64,000 nt of DNA from an uncultured Coriobacteriia bacterium (GCA_927439865.1 CAKMKD010000021.1:2522-66521), one strand, 5' to 3'. Positions 20,817 to 28,982 are shown, numbered from the stretch's first letter. Numbers and translations: made by a program. The notes: generated by a model not told the origin, from the sequence alone.

Positions 20817-21137
20817 ATGAGCGCATCTGTGAAGGACATTCAGGAGTCTGAGTTCGGGTCAGAGGTTCTAGGCGCCACGGTTCCGGTTATCGTCGACTTC
20901 TGGGCTCCCTGGTGCGGACCATGCAAGATGGTCGGGCCGGAGATCGAGAAGCTCGCTGCCCGCACCAATGACGTCAAGTTCGTAAAGGTGAACGTCGATG
21001 AAAGCCGTGAGGTTGCAATCCAGTACGGAGTCATGAGCATCCCGACCATCGCCAAGTTCGAGCATGGTACTCTGGTTTCGCAGGTGGTTGGCGCTCGAAG
21101 CGCTGACGCGCTTGCACGGGAATTCGGCTTGGCGTAG
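20817..21137 (+). CDS. trxA: Thioredoxin
   Basis: WAPWCGPCK active site, about 106 aa. ATG is preceded by GGAAAGGGAG. Confidence 0.95.
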   Translation: MSASVKDIQESEFGSEVLGATVPVIVDFWAPWCGPCKMVGPEIEKLAARTNDVKFVKVNVDESREVAIQYGVMSIPTIAKFEHGTLVSQVVGARSADALAREFGLA

Positions 21138-21169
21138 CGCGGTCGTCTGAATCGCTCGGATGGTGGCGG

Positions 21170-21541
21170 ATGGACTTCAGCTACAAACGATTCTGCCAAA
21201 TGACGTTCAGCGATGCGGTTGAGGCCGTGGAGCGCACGGTGCGCTCCCACGGCTTCATCGTTGAGCGTGCGCATGACTTGCAGGCGACGTTGGCATCCAA
21301 AGGCTTCGAAATTCAGCCGCTTCGCATCTATGAGCTTCAGTTTGCCGGAGTTGAGCCGGGGGCCGCTGAGATCGACGCAGATTTCCGGCGCTGTCGCGTT
21401 CAGGTGTATGTGGAGGGCGACGAGGTGTTCGTCTCGGCGATTCGCTCTACCGTGCTGCTCGATGAGCGCGCAGGGTCCAGCGCATTCCACACGGAGATAG
21501 AGCATCGCGTGGCGAAGCTCGTGGACGAAATCGCGGACTAG
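21170..21541 (+). CDS. DUF302 domain-containing protein
   Basis: Size and N-terminal pattern (F..A...V...L...GF.I....D) resemble DUF302. It lies 32 nt downstream of trxA on the same strand. Confidence 0.6.
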   Translation: MDFSYKRFCQMTFSDAVEAVERTVRSHGFIVERAHDLQATLASKGFEIQPLRIYELQFAGVEPGAAEIDADFRRCRVQVYVEGDEVFVSAIRSTVLLDERAGSSAFHTEIEHRVAKLVDEIAD

Positions 21542-21844
21542 CTACTGCACGCAGCTGGAGTACTTCAAGAAGACCTTGATCGCTTCGTCAATGAGTTCGT
21601 CGCGCGACTTCTCTCCGTCTTCCACAAGGCACGTCTTCATCGAGTAGCCGATGATGTGCAGCCCAACCTGGTTCAGCGCCGACTTGGCTGCCATGATCTG
21701 CGTGAGAACGGCCTCACAGTCCTTGCCAGAGTCGATCATGGTCTGGAGACCGCGAATCTGGCCTTCGAGCCGCTTCAGTCTGTTGATGATGCGTCGACGC
21801 TCTTCCTCGGTGCCGATAGACTCGCTCTGCTGTGGCATGCTCAA
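21542..21844 (-). CDS. CsoR/RcnR/FrmR-family (DUF156) metal- or thiol-sensing transcriptional repressor, C-x-C type
   Basis: The RLKRLEGQIRGLQTMI helix is diagnostic of the family. Cys43 and Cys72 are present, but the position 4 residues before Cys72, which is the Cu(I) His ligand in CsoR, is Ser68. Confidence 0.85.
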   Translation of the reverse strand: MSMPQQSESIGTEEERRRIINRLKRLEGQIRGLQTMIDSGKDCEAVLTQIMAAKSALNQVGLHIIGYSMKTCLVEDGEKSRDELIDEAIKVFLKYSSCVQ

Positions 21845-21900
21845 GGTGGCTCCCTTGCGTCATTCGAACGGTGCCCTACAATGATGAAGTTTAGCTAACC

Positions 21901-21917
21901 ATACCCCCTGGGGGTAT
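21901..21917. promoter_or_regulatory. Palindromic operator ATACCCCC-T-GGGGGTAT in the repressor/CDF divergent region
   Basis: Perfect 8-1-8 inverted repeat, 57 nt upstream of the repressor start codon and 25 nt upstream of the CDF start. Confidence 0.65.
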
Positions 21918-21941
21918 GTCGCAGCAAGGGCGGGGGACGGC

Positions 21942-22883
21942 ATGGGGTACACGAAAGCCAGGCAGGGTGCCGATGGGTCGCGTGCCCGCAGCATCCAGAA
22001 GGTCCTGTGGATTATCCTCGGACTCAATGTCCTGGTGGCAGCGGCGAAACTGGTGTACGGACTCATTACCAGATCAGTCGGCATGACCGCCGACGGGTTC
22101 CACTCTATGTTCGACGGTACCTCGAATGTCATCGGGCTCCTCGGGATGGGTATCGCAGCGCGCCCGGCTGACAGCGATCATCCGTACGGGCACTCAAAGT
22201 ACGAGACGTTCGCGTCGGTCGTCATCGGCGCGATGCTCTTGCTGGCCGCGTGGCGTGTCGGCACGTCGGCGTTCGACCGACTCATGAGCCCCGGAGAGCC
22301 GGCTCGCGTTGATGCGCTGTCGTTCGCCATCATGTTCGGGACGCTCTGCATCAATATCCTCGTCACCCGCTACGAGCGCCGGGTGGGGGAGCAGTTGGGG
22401 AGCGAGATTCTCATCGCCGACGCCAGCCATACCGGCAGCGACGTTCTCGTCAGCATCGGCGTCATCATCGGGCTTGTTGCGGTGAAGCTCGGCTTCCCGA
22501 TTGCCGACCCTATCGTTGGTTTGGTCGTCGCGGGATTCATCGTTGTTGCTGCGCTGCGTGTCTTCCGGGCCGCGCAAGCCACGCTCTCCGATACCGCTCG
22601 CATCGCGCCGGACATGATCCGGGATGTTGCGCTCTCGGTCCCGGGCGTGCTCGGGTGCCATGAGGTCCGCACGCGAGGTCCTGTCGCCGAGGTCTACGTC
22701 GACCTGCACATTCAGGTCGATCCATCGGTGAGCGTGTCCGAGGGGCATGCTATCGCTGAGCGAGTTGAGAAGACCATCTGCGAAGCCCTGCATCAGGTGA
22801 CGGACGTCATCGCTCACCTCGAGCCACTTGACGAGTACCAGAAGCGCAAGACGGCACAGCACGACAGTGATGGGATGGCCTAG
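21942..22883 (+). CDS. Cation diffusion facilitator (CDF) family divalent-metal efflux transporter
   Basis: Six-TM N-terminal domain with HSMFDG and HTGSDVL metal-site motifs, plus a cytoplasmic C-terminal domain. Confidence 0.85.
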   Translation: MGYTKARQGADGSRARSIQKVLWIILGLNVLVAAAKLVYGLITRSVGMTADGFHSMFDGTSNVIGLLGMGIAARPADSDHPYGHSKYETFASVVIGAMLLLAAWRVGTSAFDRLMSPGEPARVDALSFAIMFGTLCINILVTRYERRVGEQLGSEILIADASHTGSDVLVSIGVIIGLVAVKLGFPIADPIVGLVVAGFIVVAALRVFRAAQATLSDTARIAPDMIRDVALSVPGVLGCHEVRTRGPVAEVYVDLHIQVDPSVSVSEGHAIAERVEKTICEALHQVTDVIAHLEPLDEYQKRKTAQHDSDGMA

Positions 22884-22886
22884 CGT

Positions 22887-23867
22887 ATGGAGCAGACCGC
22901 CGCCGATCGCGACCGGCGCGACCGGCTCACCGGTTACGGCCTCGCTGTGCTTGCCGCGGCCTGTTGGGCAACGGGTGGCCTGGCCGCGAAGTGGCTCTTC
23001 TCGCCACTCGATGCGACGACCAGCGGGTGGCCGTTTCCGCCGCTGGGTATCGCCATCGACCCTGTCATGCTTTCGGCTACTCGGGCGTTACTGGCCTTCG
23101 GGATGCTGTTCACATACATGGTAATCGCGCGCCGAGACGCTCTGAGGGTCAAACTGCGCGAGCTACCCTTCCTGATCTTCTTCGGAGTGGTCGGATTGGC
23201 ACTCGTGCACTTCACGTACTTCAAGGCCATATCTCTTACGAGCGTCGCAACCGCGATTCTGCTCGAGTACTTGGCGCCGGTGCTTGTTCTGCTTGTTTCT
23301 GTCGTCGTACTCAGGGACCGGTTCACGTGGTCGCTACCGATGTCGGTTGTGATGTCCGTGACAGGGTGTGCGCTCGTGGTGGGGGCGATTGGCGGAACGG
23401 GGTTGCGCGTCTCGCCCGAGGGACTCGCCTGGGGTCTGGGCTCAGCGGTCTTCTTCGCAGGCTACACGATCATGGGCCGCTGGGCCGCTCACAGGTTCTC
23501 CTCATGGACGCTCCTCACCTATGGCCTCGGTGCTGCCACGCTGTTCTGGTTCGTCGTCCTCGGCGGTCCCGCGCCTGTGTTCGCGACGCTTTCGAACCCG
23601 AAGACCCTTGCCGCGGTCACGTTCATCGCTTTCACAAGCACGGTCGTTCCTTTCGGTGCGTTTCTGAAGGCGCTGAGGCACATTCGGGCCACTGAGGCAT
23701 CGGTAACCGCCACCCTCGAGCCAGTGCTCGCTGCCGTGCTCGCGTGGCTGCTCTTCGGCGAGTCGCTGGGAACAGCTCAGATACTTGGTGGACTGCTTGT
23801 TATCGGCGCCATCATGGTTTCGCAGAGACCGGGTTCGACCGTCTCGGAGCTGCCTCCTGCGGTGTGA
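22887..23867 (+). CDS. EamA/DMT-family transporter
   Basis: Ten predicted TM helices arranged as two EamA-like repeats. Confidence 0.7.
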   Translation: MEQTAADRDRRDRLTGYGLAVLAAACWATGGLAAKWLFSPLDATTSGWPFPPLGIAIDPVMLSATRALLAFGMLFTYMVIARRDALRVKLRELPFLIFFGVVGLALVHFTYFKAISLTSVATAILLEYLAPVLVLLVSVVVLRDRFTWSLPMSVVMSVTGCALVVGAIGGTGLRVSPEGLAWGLGSAVFFAGYTIMGRWAAHRFSSWTLLTYGLGAATLFWFVVLGGPAPVFATLSNPKTLAAVTFIAFTSTVVPFGAFLKALRHIRATEASVTATLEPVLAAVLAWLLFGESLGTAQILGGLLVIGAIMVSQRPGSTVSELPPAV

Positions 23868-23971
23868 AGCCAGGTGGTAAAGCGCCGCTCTTCGTGGGAA
23901 TATACATCTGGTACGTAGTTTGCTAAGGGCCGTGCCCGCGATGGCGCGGATCGGCGTTCCGGAGGCCTCCG

Positions 23972-25366
23972 ATGGAACTCACTCACAGACCGGAACTCAG
24001 GCAGAAGGTCACACTGTCACCCCAGGTCTACCAGGGGCTTACTATACTCGCCATGCCTGTAGTCGAACTGCAGACGCTGATAGACACCGAGCTTCTCGAG
24101 AACCCGGTGTTGGAGCTTGAGGAAGACGAGCTTGAGCCAGCCGAGGAATCTGACGACCGGGTAGACGACGCCGAGGAAGAGCGCGCCTGGGACGATTGGC
24201 TCGATCAGTACGACGACCTTGAGAACCTCGATGCCGGCAGTCCGCGTGATCCGAACCAGGAGGAGATCAACTCCGATGAGTTCGTTGGGGGCGTGCGGAC
24301 GTTCGATGATTACCTGATCGACCAGCTCGGCATGCTCGACATTCCCGAGGACGTTGCGCGCGCGGCCCGAGCTATCGTCGGATCACTTGATGACGACGGC
24401 CTTTTCGTGGGCACGTGTGCCGAGATAGCCGCCATAACCGGTGTCACAGCTGCTGTTGTAGAGCAGGCGCTTTCCGTTGTGCAGCAGCTGGATCCTCCAG
24501 GCGTGGGGGCACGCACTGTTCGCGAGGCTCTGAAGATTCAGGCTGCGTATCTCGGCATCGATACGCCGCTGGTGATCGCGCTGATAGAGCGTCACCTCGA
24601 CGCTGTGGCCGCCAGCCATACACGCAAGGTCTCGCGGGCCGAACATGTGACGGAAGACGAGGTGCGCGACGCGGTTGAGCTGCTCAAGCAACTCAACCCC
24701 CGTCCTGCCGGCTCGTTCTCGCCCGGCCAGGCACCGTCGTACGTCATCCCTGATCTCACGCTTCGACGCTTCGGCGAGGACTGGCTCATCATTCCGAACA
24801 ATGAGGCTGTGCCGACCCTGAAAGTCAGCCCCCGTTATCGTCAGATGCTCCGCTCTCAGTCCAAGGTCGACGATGAGACACGCAAATACCTGAAAGACAA
24901 GATCCGCTCCGCTGAGTCGTTCATGCGCAACGTCGACAGGCGCCGCGACACGGTCACCCGAATCGCCGAGATCATCTTGGAGACGCAGAAGGACTTCTTC
25001 GAGGACGGAAAGGGCGACATGCGGCCGCTACGCCTTGAGGATGTGTCCTCGGAGATCGGCGTGCATCTGAGCACCGTCAGCCGTGGGGTGACCGGCAAGT
25101 ACATGGCCACGCCGTACGGCCTGTTCGAGCTGAAGCACTTCTTCTCGGGAGGCTACAGGAGCTCGAGCGGGATGGATGTTGCGGCCACAACCGTTAAGCG
25201 GCGAATTCGAGATCTGCTGGAGGCGGAAGATCAAAGCCGACCGCTCTCGGATCAGAAGCTCGCCGAGGCTCTGTCTGCGGACGGCGTCGACGTGGCTCGC
25301 CGCACGGTGGCGAAGTACCGGGAGGAGCTCGGGATCGAGCCCTCGTGGGCGAGGAAGCGTCGATGA
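23972..25366 (+). CDS. rpoN: RNA polymerase sigma-54 factor
   Basis: N-terminal region I (LRQKVTLSPQVYQGLTILAMPVVELQ), an acidic region II, and a C-terminal HTH plus RpoN box (ARRTVAKYRE). Confidence 0.9.
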   Translation: MELTHRPELRQKVTLSPQVYQGLTILAMPVVELQTLIDTELLENPVLELEEDELEPAEESDDRVDDAEEERAWDDWLDQYDDLENLDAGSPRDPNQEEINSDEFVGGVRTFDDYLIDQLGMLDIPEDVARAARAIVGSLDDDGLFVGTCAEIAAITGVTAAVVEQALSVVQQLDPPGVGARTVREALKIQAAYLGIDTPLVIALIERHLDAVAASHTRKVSRAEHVTEDEVRDAVELLKQLNPRPAGSFSPGQAPSYVIPDLTLRRFGEDWLIIPNNEAVPTLKVSPRYRQMLRSQSKVDDETRKYLKDKIRSAESFMRNVDRRRDTVTRIAEIILETQKDFFEDGKGDMRPLRLEDVSSEIGVHLSTVSRGVTGKYMATPYGLFELKHFFSGGYRSSSGMDVAATTVKRRIRDLLEAEDQSRPLSDQKLAEALSADGVDVARRTVAKYREELGIEPSWARKRR

Positions 25367-26907
25367 CGCCTGAGCCAACGCCAACAGGTCGTCGTATCGA
25401 CGAGAGTCGGGGCGATGATGGACTCATCTCTGGTCGCAGGAGCGAGGTGCGTGACGTAGCGCTCATCGTCATCTTGCTTGCGTCGATCACCATCCTGCAT
25501 CTGTTCACGTCCGCAGCGCCTCAGGCGATGTCGATGCATCTGCTCTACCGCAAGCTGTATTACCTGCCCATCATGTTTGCGGGGTTTGTTTTCGGCCGAC
25601 GAGGCGGATTCATTACTGCGGTCGCGGCGAGCCTGCTGTTCGCCCTGCACGCTACAGTTTCGCTCGGCGGACTCCTCGGCGAGCACATCGACAACCTGTA
25701 CGAAATCGTCATGTATGTGGCGATTGGCGTTATGTTCGGGTGGCTCCGTGACCTCTCCGAAGTCAAGACGCAGGATCTCAGACAACTCAGCAGACAGCTT
25801 GAGGATGCGTACAGAAAGCTCGAGGAACGCGCGATTCAGCTCGTCAACATCCAGGACTACACGCAATCGATCCTGAGGTCGATCACGTCGGGCGTCGTTA
25901 CCGTCGGGCCGGACGGGTCGGTCGCTACTGCGAACCCTGCGGCCGAGAGGATGCTCGGTGTCCGTGAGGTCGACATCGTGCCTCGTCGCATCGGTACGCT
26001 CTTTGCCGACGACTCTGGGCTCGACGACGAGGTCTGGAAGGTGCTCAAAGGGCGGATTCCGAAGTCAGTGAAGGACATGCGACTCGTCACACGAGCCGGT
26101 CGGGTGCTCCACGTGCAGGCGTCGACATCCCGGATGCGTGATGTCGATGGCCGAATCCTCGGCGCAGTTGTCACGGTGGAAGACGTATCCGAGGTCAAGG
26201 CTCTTACCGACCAGCTCATCCGAGCCGACCGGCTGGCGGCCATGGGGGAGCTGACCGCAGGCGTAGCACACGAGGTGCGCAACCCTCTTGGTATCATCAG
26301 AGCATCGGTACAGCTCGTCGAAGAGTCCGGCGCCGATCGTGAACGGGTGCTCGAAGCTACGAGTGTGATCAAGCAGGAAATCGACCGCCTGGATCGGGTG
26401 ATCAAGGCGCTTCTCGATTTTGGTCGACCATCAAAGCCGTACCTTCGACTCACGGATCTCGGCGAAGTCATCGAAGACGTCGTGCTATTCACGAGGCGCT
26501 TCGCAGGGCAGTCGAAGGTGACCATCTCGGCGAAGGATATCGGCTCGCTGCCGAGCATAATGGCGGATCCCGACCAGATGAAGCAGGTGTTCGTCAACCT
26601 CATATCGAACGCCGTGCAGGCTATGGACAGCTCAGGCGGTACCATCTCGGTGAGTGGCAGAAGTGACGAAGGATTCCTCTCGATCGTTGTCTCGGATGAC
26701 GGCCCCGGAATCGCGGAGTCCGAGCTCAAGAAGGTGTTCGATCCGTTCTTCTCAACACGGGACGCAGGAACAGGTCTGGGACTCACGATCGTTCATAGGA
26801 TTCTTGACGAGCACGATGGGCACATAGAAGTCGCGAGTGTTCCGGGGCAGGGGACGACCTTCACAGTGTCGCTCCCCGTGTTCCAGACAGGCGAGGAGGA
26901 TCGATGA
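25363..26907 (+). CDS. Membrane sensor histidine kinase (PAS-HisKA-HATPase, NtrB-like)
   Basis: N-terminal TM bundle, PAS region, H-box HEVRNPL, and N/G boxes (NLISNAVQA, GTGLGL). ATGA overlap with rpoN. Confidence 0.85.
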   Translation: MTPEPTPTGRRIDESRGDDGLISGRRSEVRDVALIVILLASITILHLFTSAAPQAMSMHLLYRKLYYLPIMFAGFVFGRRGGFITAVAASLLFALHATVSLGGLLGEHIDNLYEIVMYVAIGVMFGWLRDLSEVKTQDLRQLSRQLEDAYRKLEERAIQLVNIQDYTQSILRSITSGVVTVGPDGSVATANPAAERMLGVREVDIVPRRIGTLFADDSGLDDEVWKVLKGRIPKSVKDMRLVTRAGRVLHVQASTSRMRDVDGRILGAVVTVEDVSEVKALTDQLIRADRLAAMGELTAGVAHEVRNPLGIIRASVQLVEESGADRERVLEATSVIKQEIDRLDRVIKALLDFGRPSKPYLRLTDLGEVIEDVVLFTRRFAGQSKVTISAKDIGSLPSIMADPDQMKQVFVNLISNAVQAMDSSGGTISVSGRSDEGFLSIVVSDDGPGIAESELKKVFDPFFSTRDAGTGLGLTIVHRILDEHDGHIEVASVPGQGTTFTVSLPVFQTGEEDR

Positions 26908-28253
26908 AGCGGCGCGTACTGATCGCCGACGACGAGAAGAACATGCGGTGGGTGCTCGGCCAGGCGCTGAGCGCCGAGGGCTACGAGATCATCGAGGCAG
27001 CCGACGGCAAGGAAGTCCTTGCGGCGATCGCCGATCAGCCCCCGGAACTCATGGTGCTCGATCACAAGATGCCGGCACCGGATGGCATGGAGGTGCTCCG
27101 ACGCCTCAGGGCGAAAGGGCACACGTTCCCGATCATCATGTTGACCGCTCACGGCAACGTAGCGAGCGCGGTTGAAGCGATGAAGGCGGGCGCGAGCGAG
27201 TACCTCACCAAACCGTTTGACCTCGAAGAGCTGAAGCTCAGCATCGAAAAGGCACTCAAGGTCGGCGATCTTGCCGCGGAAGTGACCCGGTTGCGCGAGG
27301 AGCTCGACCGAGATTACGACGTCTCCGGAATCGTCGCAGCAGATCCGACGATGCTTGCCATTCTCGAGACGACACACAAGGTGGCACCTACGAGTGCGAC
27401 GGTCATGATCTACGGCGAGTCAGGCACGGGCAAAGAGCTCGTCGCACGGGCGCTGCACACGCTCTCGAATCGCGCGAGCAAGCCGTTTGTCTCAGTCAGC
27501 GCTGGCGCACTGCCCGAAACACTTCTCGAAAGTGAGCTATTCGGCTACGAGAAGGGTGCGTTCACCGGGGCGATGCAGGCGAAACCAGGCCGCTTCGAGC
27601 TGGCGAACGGAGGCACGCTCTTCCTCGATGAAATCGGAGATATCACCCCCGGTGTGCAGGTGAAGCTGCTCCGCGTGATGCAGGAGCGGACCTTTGAACG
27701 CCTTGGCGGAACGCGTCCAATCGAGGTCGACGTGCGCGTGGTGGCTGCAACGAACAAGGATCTACAGCAGCTGATCGCGGATGGTCAGTTCCGGGAGGAC
27801 CTTTACTACCGGCTCAACGTGGTGCCGATCACGCTGCCGCCTCTCAGGCAGCGGCCAAGCGAGATTCCGCTCCTGGTTGCACTCTTCCTTGAGAAGCAGA
27901 AGGCCGGCTCCAAGCACATTTCGTCCGAGGCGATGCAGTTGCTCGTCGAGTATCAATGGCCGGGCAACGTTCGCGAGCTCGAGAACACCATCGAGCGGAT
28001 AGCGATCCTCTCGCGCAACGACGAGATCACTGTGGATGATCTGCCCGCCGAGGTACGCTCGGGCGTGGCGATGTGCTCCCCCGGCGAGCGTTGCTTCGTC
28101 CTGCCCGAGGGTGGGCTCGACCTCGAGGAGGTCGAACTGGAGTTTGTGAAACAGGCACTTGAGCGGACTGGCGGCTCGTCCCCCAAAGCGGCCAAGCTCC
28201 TCGGTCTCACCACGAAGACGATCGAGGCGCGCATGGAAAAATTCGGGCTCTGA
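26904..28253 (+). CDS. Sigma-54-dependent response regulator (REC-AAA+-Fis HTH, NtrC family)
   Basis: REC domain, Walker A GESGTGKE, the sigma-54 contact motif GAFTGA, and a C-terminal HTH (AAKLLGLTTKTI). ATGA overlap with the kinase gene. Confidence 0.9.
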   Translation: MKRRVLIADDEKNMRWVLGQALSAEGYEIIEAADGKEVLAAIADQPPELMVLDHKMPAPDGMEVLRRLRAKGHTFPIIMLTAHGNVASAVEAMKAGASEYLTKPFDLEELKLSIEKALKVGDLAAEVTRLREELDRDYDVSGIVAADPTMLAILETTHKVAPTSATVMIYGESGTGKELVARALHTLSNRASKPFVSVSAGALPETLLESELFGYEKGAFTGAMQAKPGRFELANGGTLFLDEIGDITPGVQVKLLRVMQERTFERLGGTRPIEVDVRVVAATNKDLQQLIADGQFREDLYYRLNVVPITLPPLRQRPSEIPLLVALFLEKQKAGSKHISSEAMQLLVEYQWPGNVRELENTIERIAILSRNDEITVDDLPAEVRSGVAMCSPGERCFVLPEGGLDLEEVELEFVKQALERTGGSSPKAAKLLGLTTKTIEARMEKFGL

Positions 28254-28280
28254 CGGCGGTGCCCATGCTCTGCCCACCCT

Positions 28281-28296
28281 TGGCATGCGTATTGCA
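28281..28296 (+). promoter_or_regulatory. Sigma-54 (-24/-12) promoter TGGCAT-GCGTA-TTGCA
   Basis: Matches TGGCAC-N5-TTGCW with correct GG/GC spacing and one core mismatch. It lies 27 nt after the activator stop and about 40 nt before the next ATG. Confidence 0.65.
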
Positions 28297-28336
28297 AAGC
28301 TGAACGTATCGACTCTCAACGTCGCAAGGTGAAGGC

Positions 28337-28696
28337 ATGCAGTCTCGAGGCAACCGGACCACCATCGCCACGATTCTCGGCGCGCTCCTGCTGGTCGCGT
28401 TCGTCGGCGGGCTCGTTATGGTTGTGAATGCCGAGGACGGTTTTGCCAACTGCACCGGTGCGGCGGAATTCGGCTGGATGGCACCATTGTTCGCTGCTGC
28501 GATAATCGGTGGCCTCGCCTGGGTACTACTTCGCCAAGACCCGCGATCACCTGATGATGCACAGGCTGCTCCGTTTGAGGAGTGCCCCGAATGCGGCCGC
28601 TCCGTTCTCGGGCAGTGGCGCATGTGTCCTTACTGCGGCGAGATGCTCGATCCTCGTTACTCTATCCGCGCCGCCGCATCGCGAGGCGAGCAGTAG
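28337..28696 (+). CDS. Two-TM membrane protein with C-terminal zinc-ribbon (CPECG...CPYCG)
   Basis: Two hydrophobic helices followed by a CxxC-N12-CxxC motif. RBS AAGGTGAAGG. Confidence 0.55.
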   Translation: MQSRGNRTTIATILGALLLVAFVGGLVMVVNAEDGFANCTGAAEFGWMAPLFAAAIIGGLAWVLLRQDPRSPDDAQAAPFEECPECGRSVLGQWRMCPYCGEMLDPRYSIRAAASRGEQ

Positions 28697-28721
28697 TCCG
28701 TATTCAATGAGGAGGCCGACG

Positions 28722-28946
28722 ATGGCTGAGCCCCAGACCACACGCTTCACTACGACCGGCATGCACTGCCATTCATGCTCGATGCTCATTCAGATGACGG
28801 TGAGCGATCTTGACGGAGTCGACTCGGTCGAGGTCGATAACGCTGCCGGTCTGACTGAGGTCACCTACGATCCGGACAAGGTCACGCCCGAGGGGATCAT
28901 CACAGAGATCGTGGCTGTGGGTTATGGCGCCGAGGTTGCAGGGTAG
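28722..28946 (+). CDS. Heavy-metal-associated (HMA, CopZ-like) domain protein with variant GMHCHSC site
   Basis: About 74 aa with a ferredoxin-like HMA pattern (TTGMHCHSCSMLIQMTVSDLDGV...). ATG follows GAGGAGG. The ORF-track start at 28509 lies inside the previous gene. Confidence 0.8.
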   Translation: MAEPQTTRFTTTGMHCHSCSMLIQMTVSDLDGVDSVEVDNAAGLTEVTYDPDKVTPEGIITEIVAVGYGAEVAG

Positions 28947-28962
28947 CGAGGACTAGACGCAA

Positions 28963-28982
28963 ATACCCCCAGGGGGTATAGT
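28963..28982 (+). promoter_or_regulatory. Palindromic operator ATACCCCC-A-GGGGGTAT overlapping a TATAGT -10 box upstream of ccdA
   Basis: Perfect 8-1-8 inverted repeat at 28963-28979. TATAGT at 28977-28982, with TAGACG 17 nt upstream as a possible -35. Confidence 0.6.
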
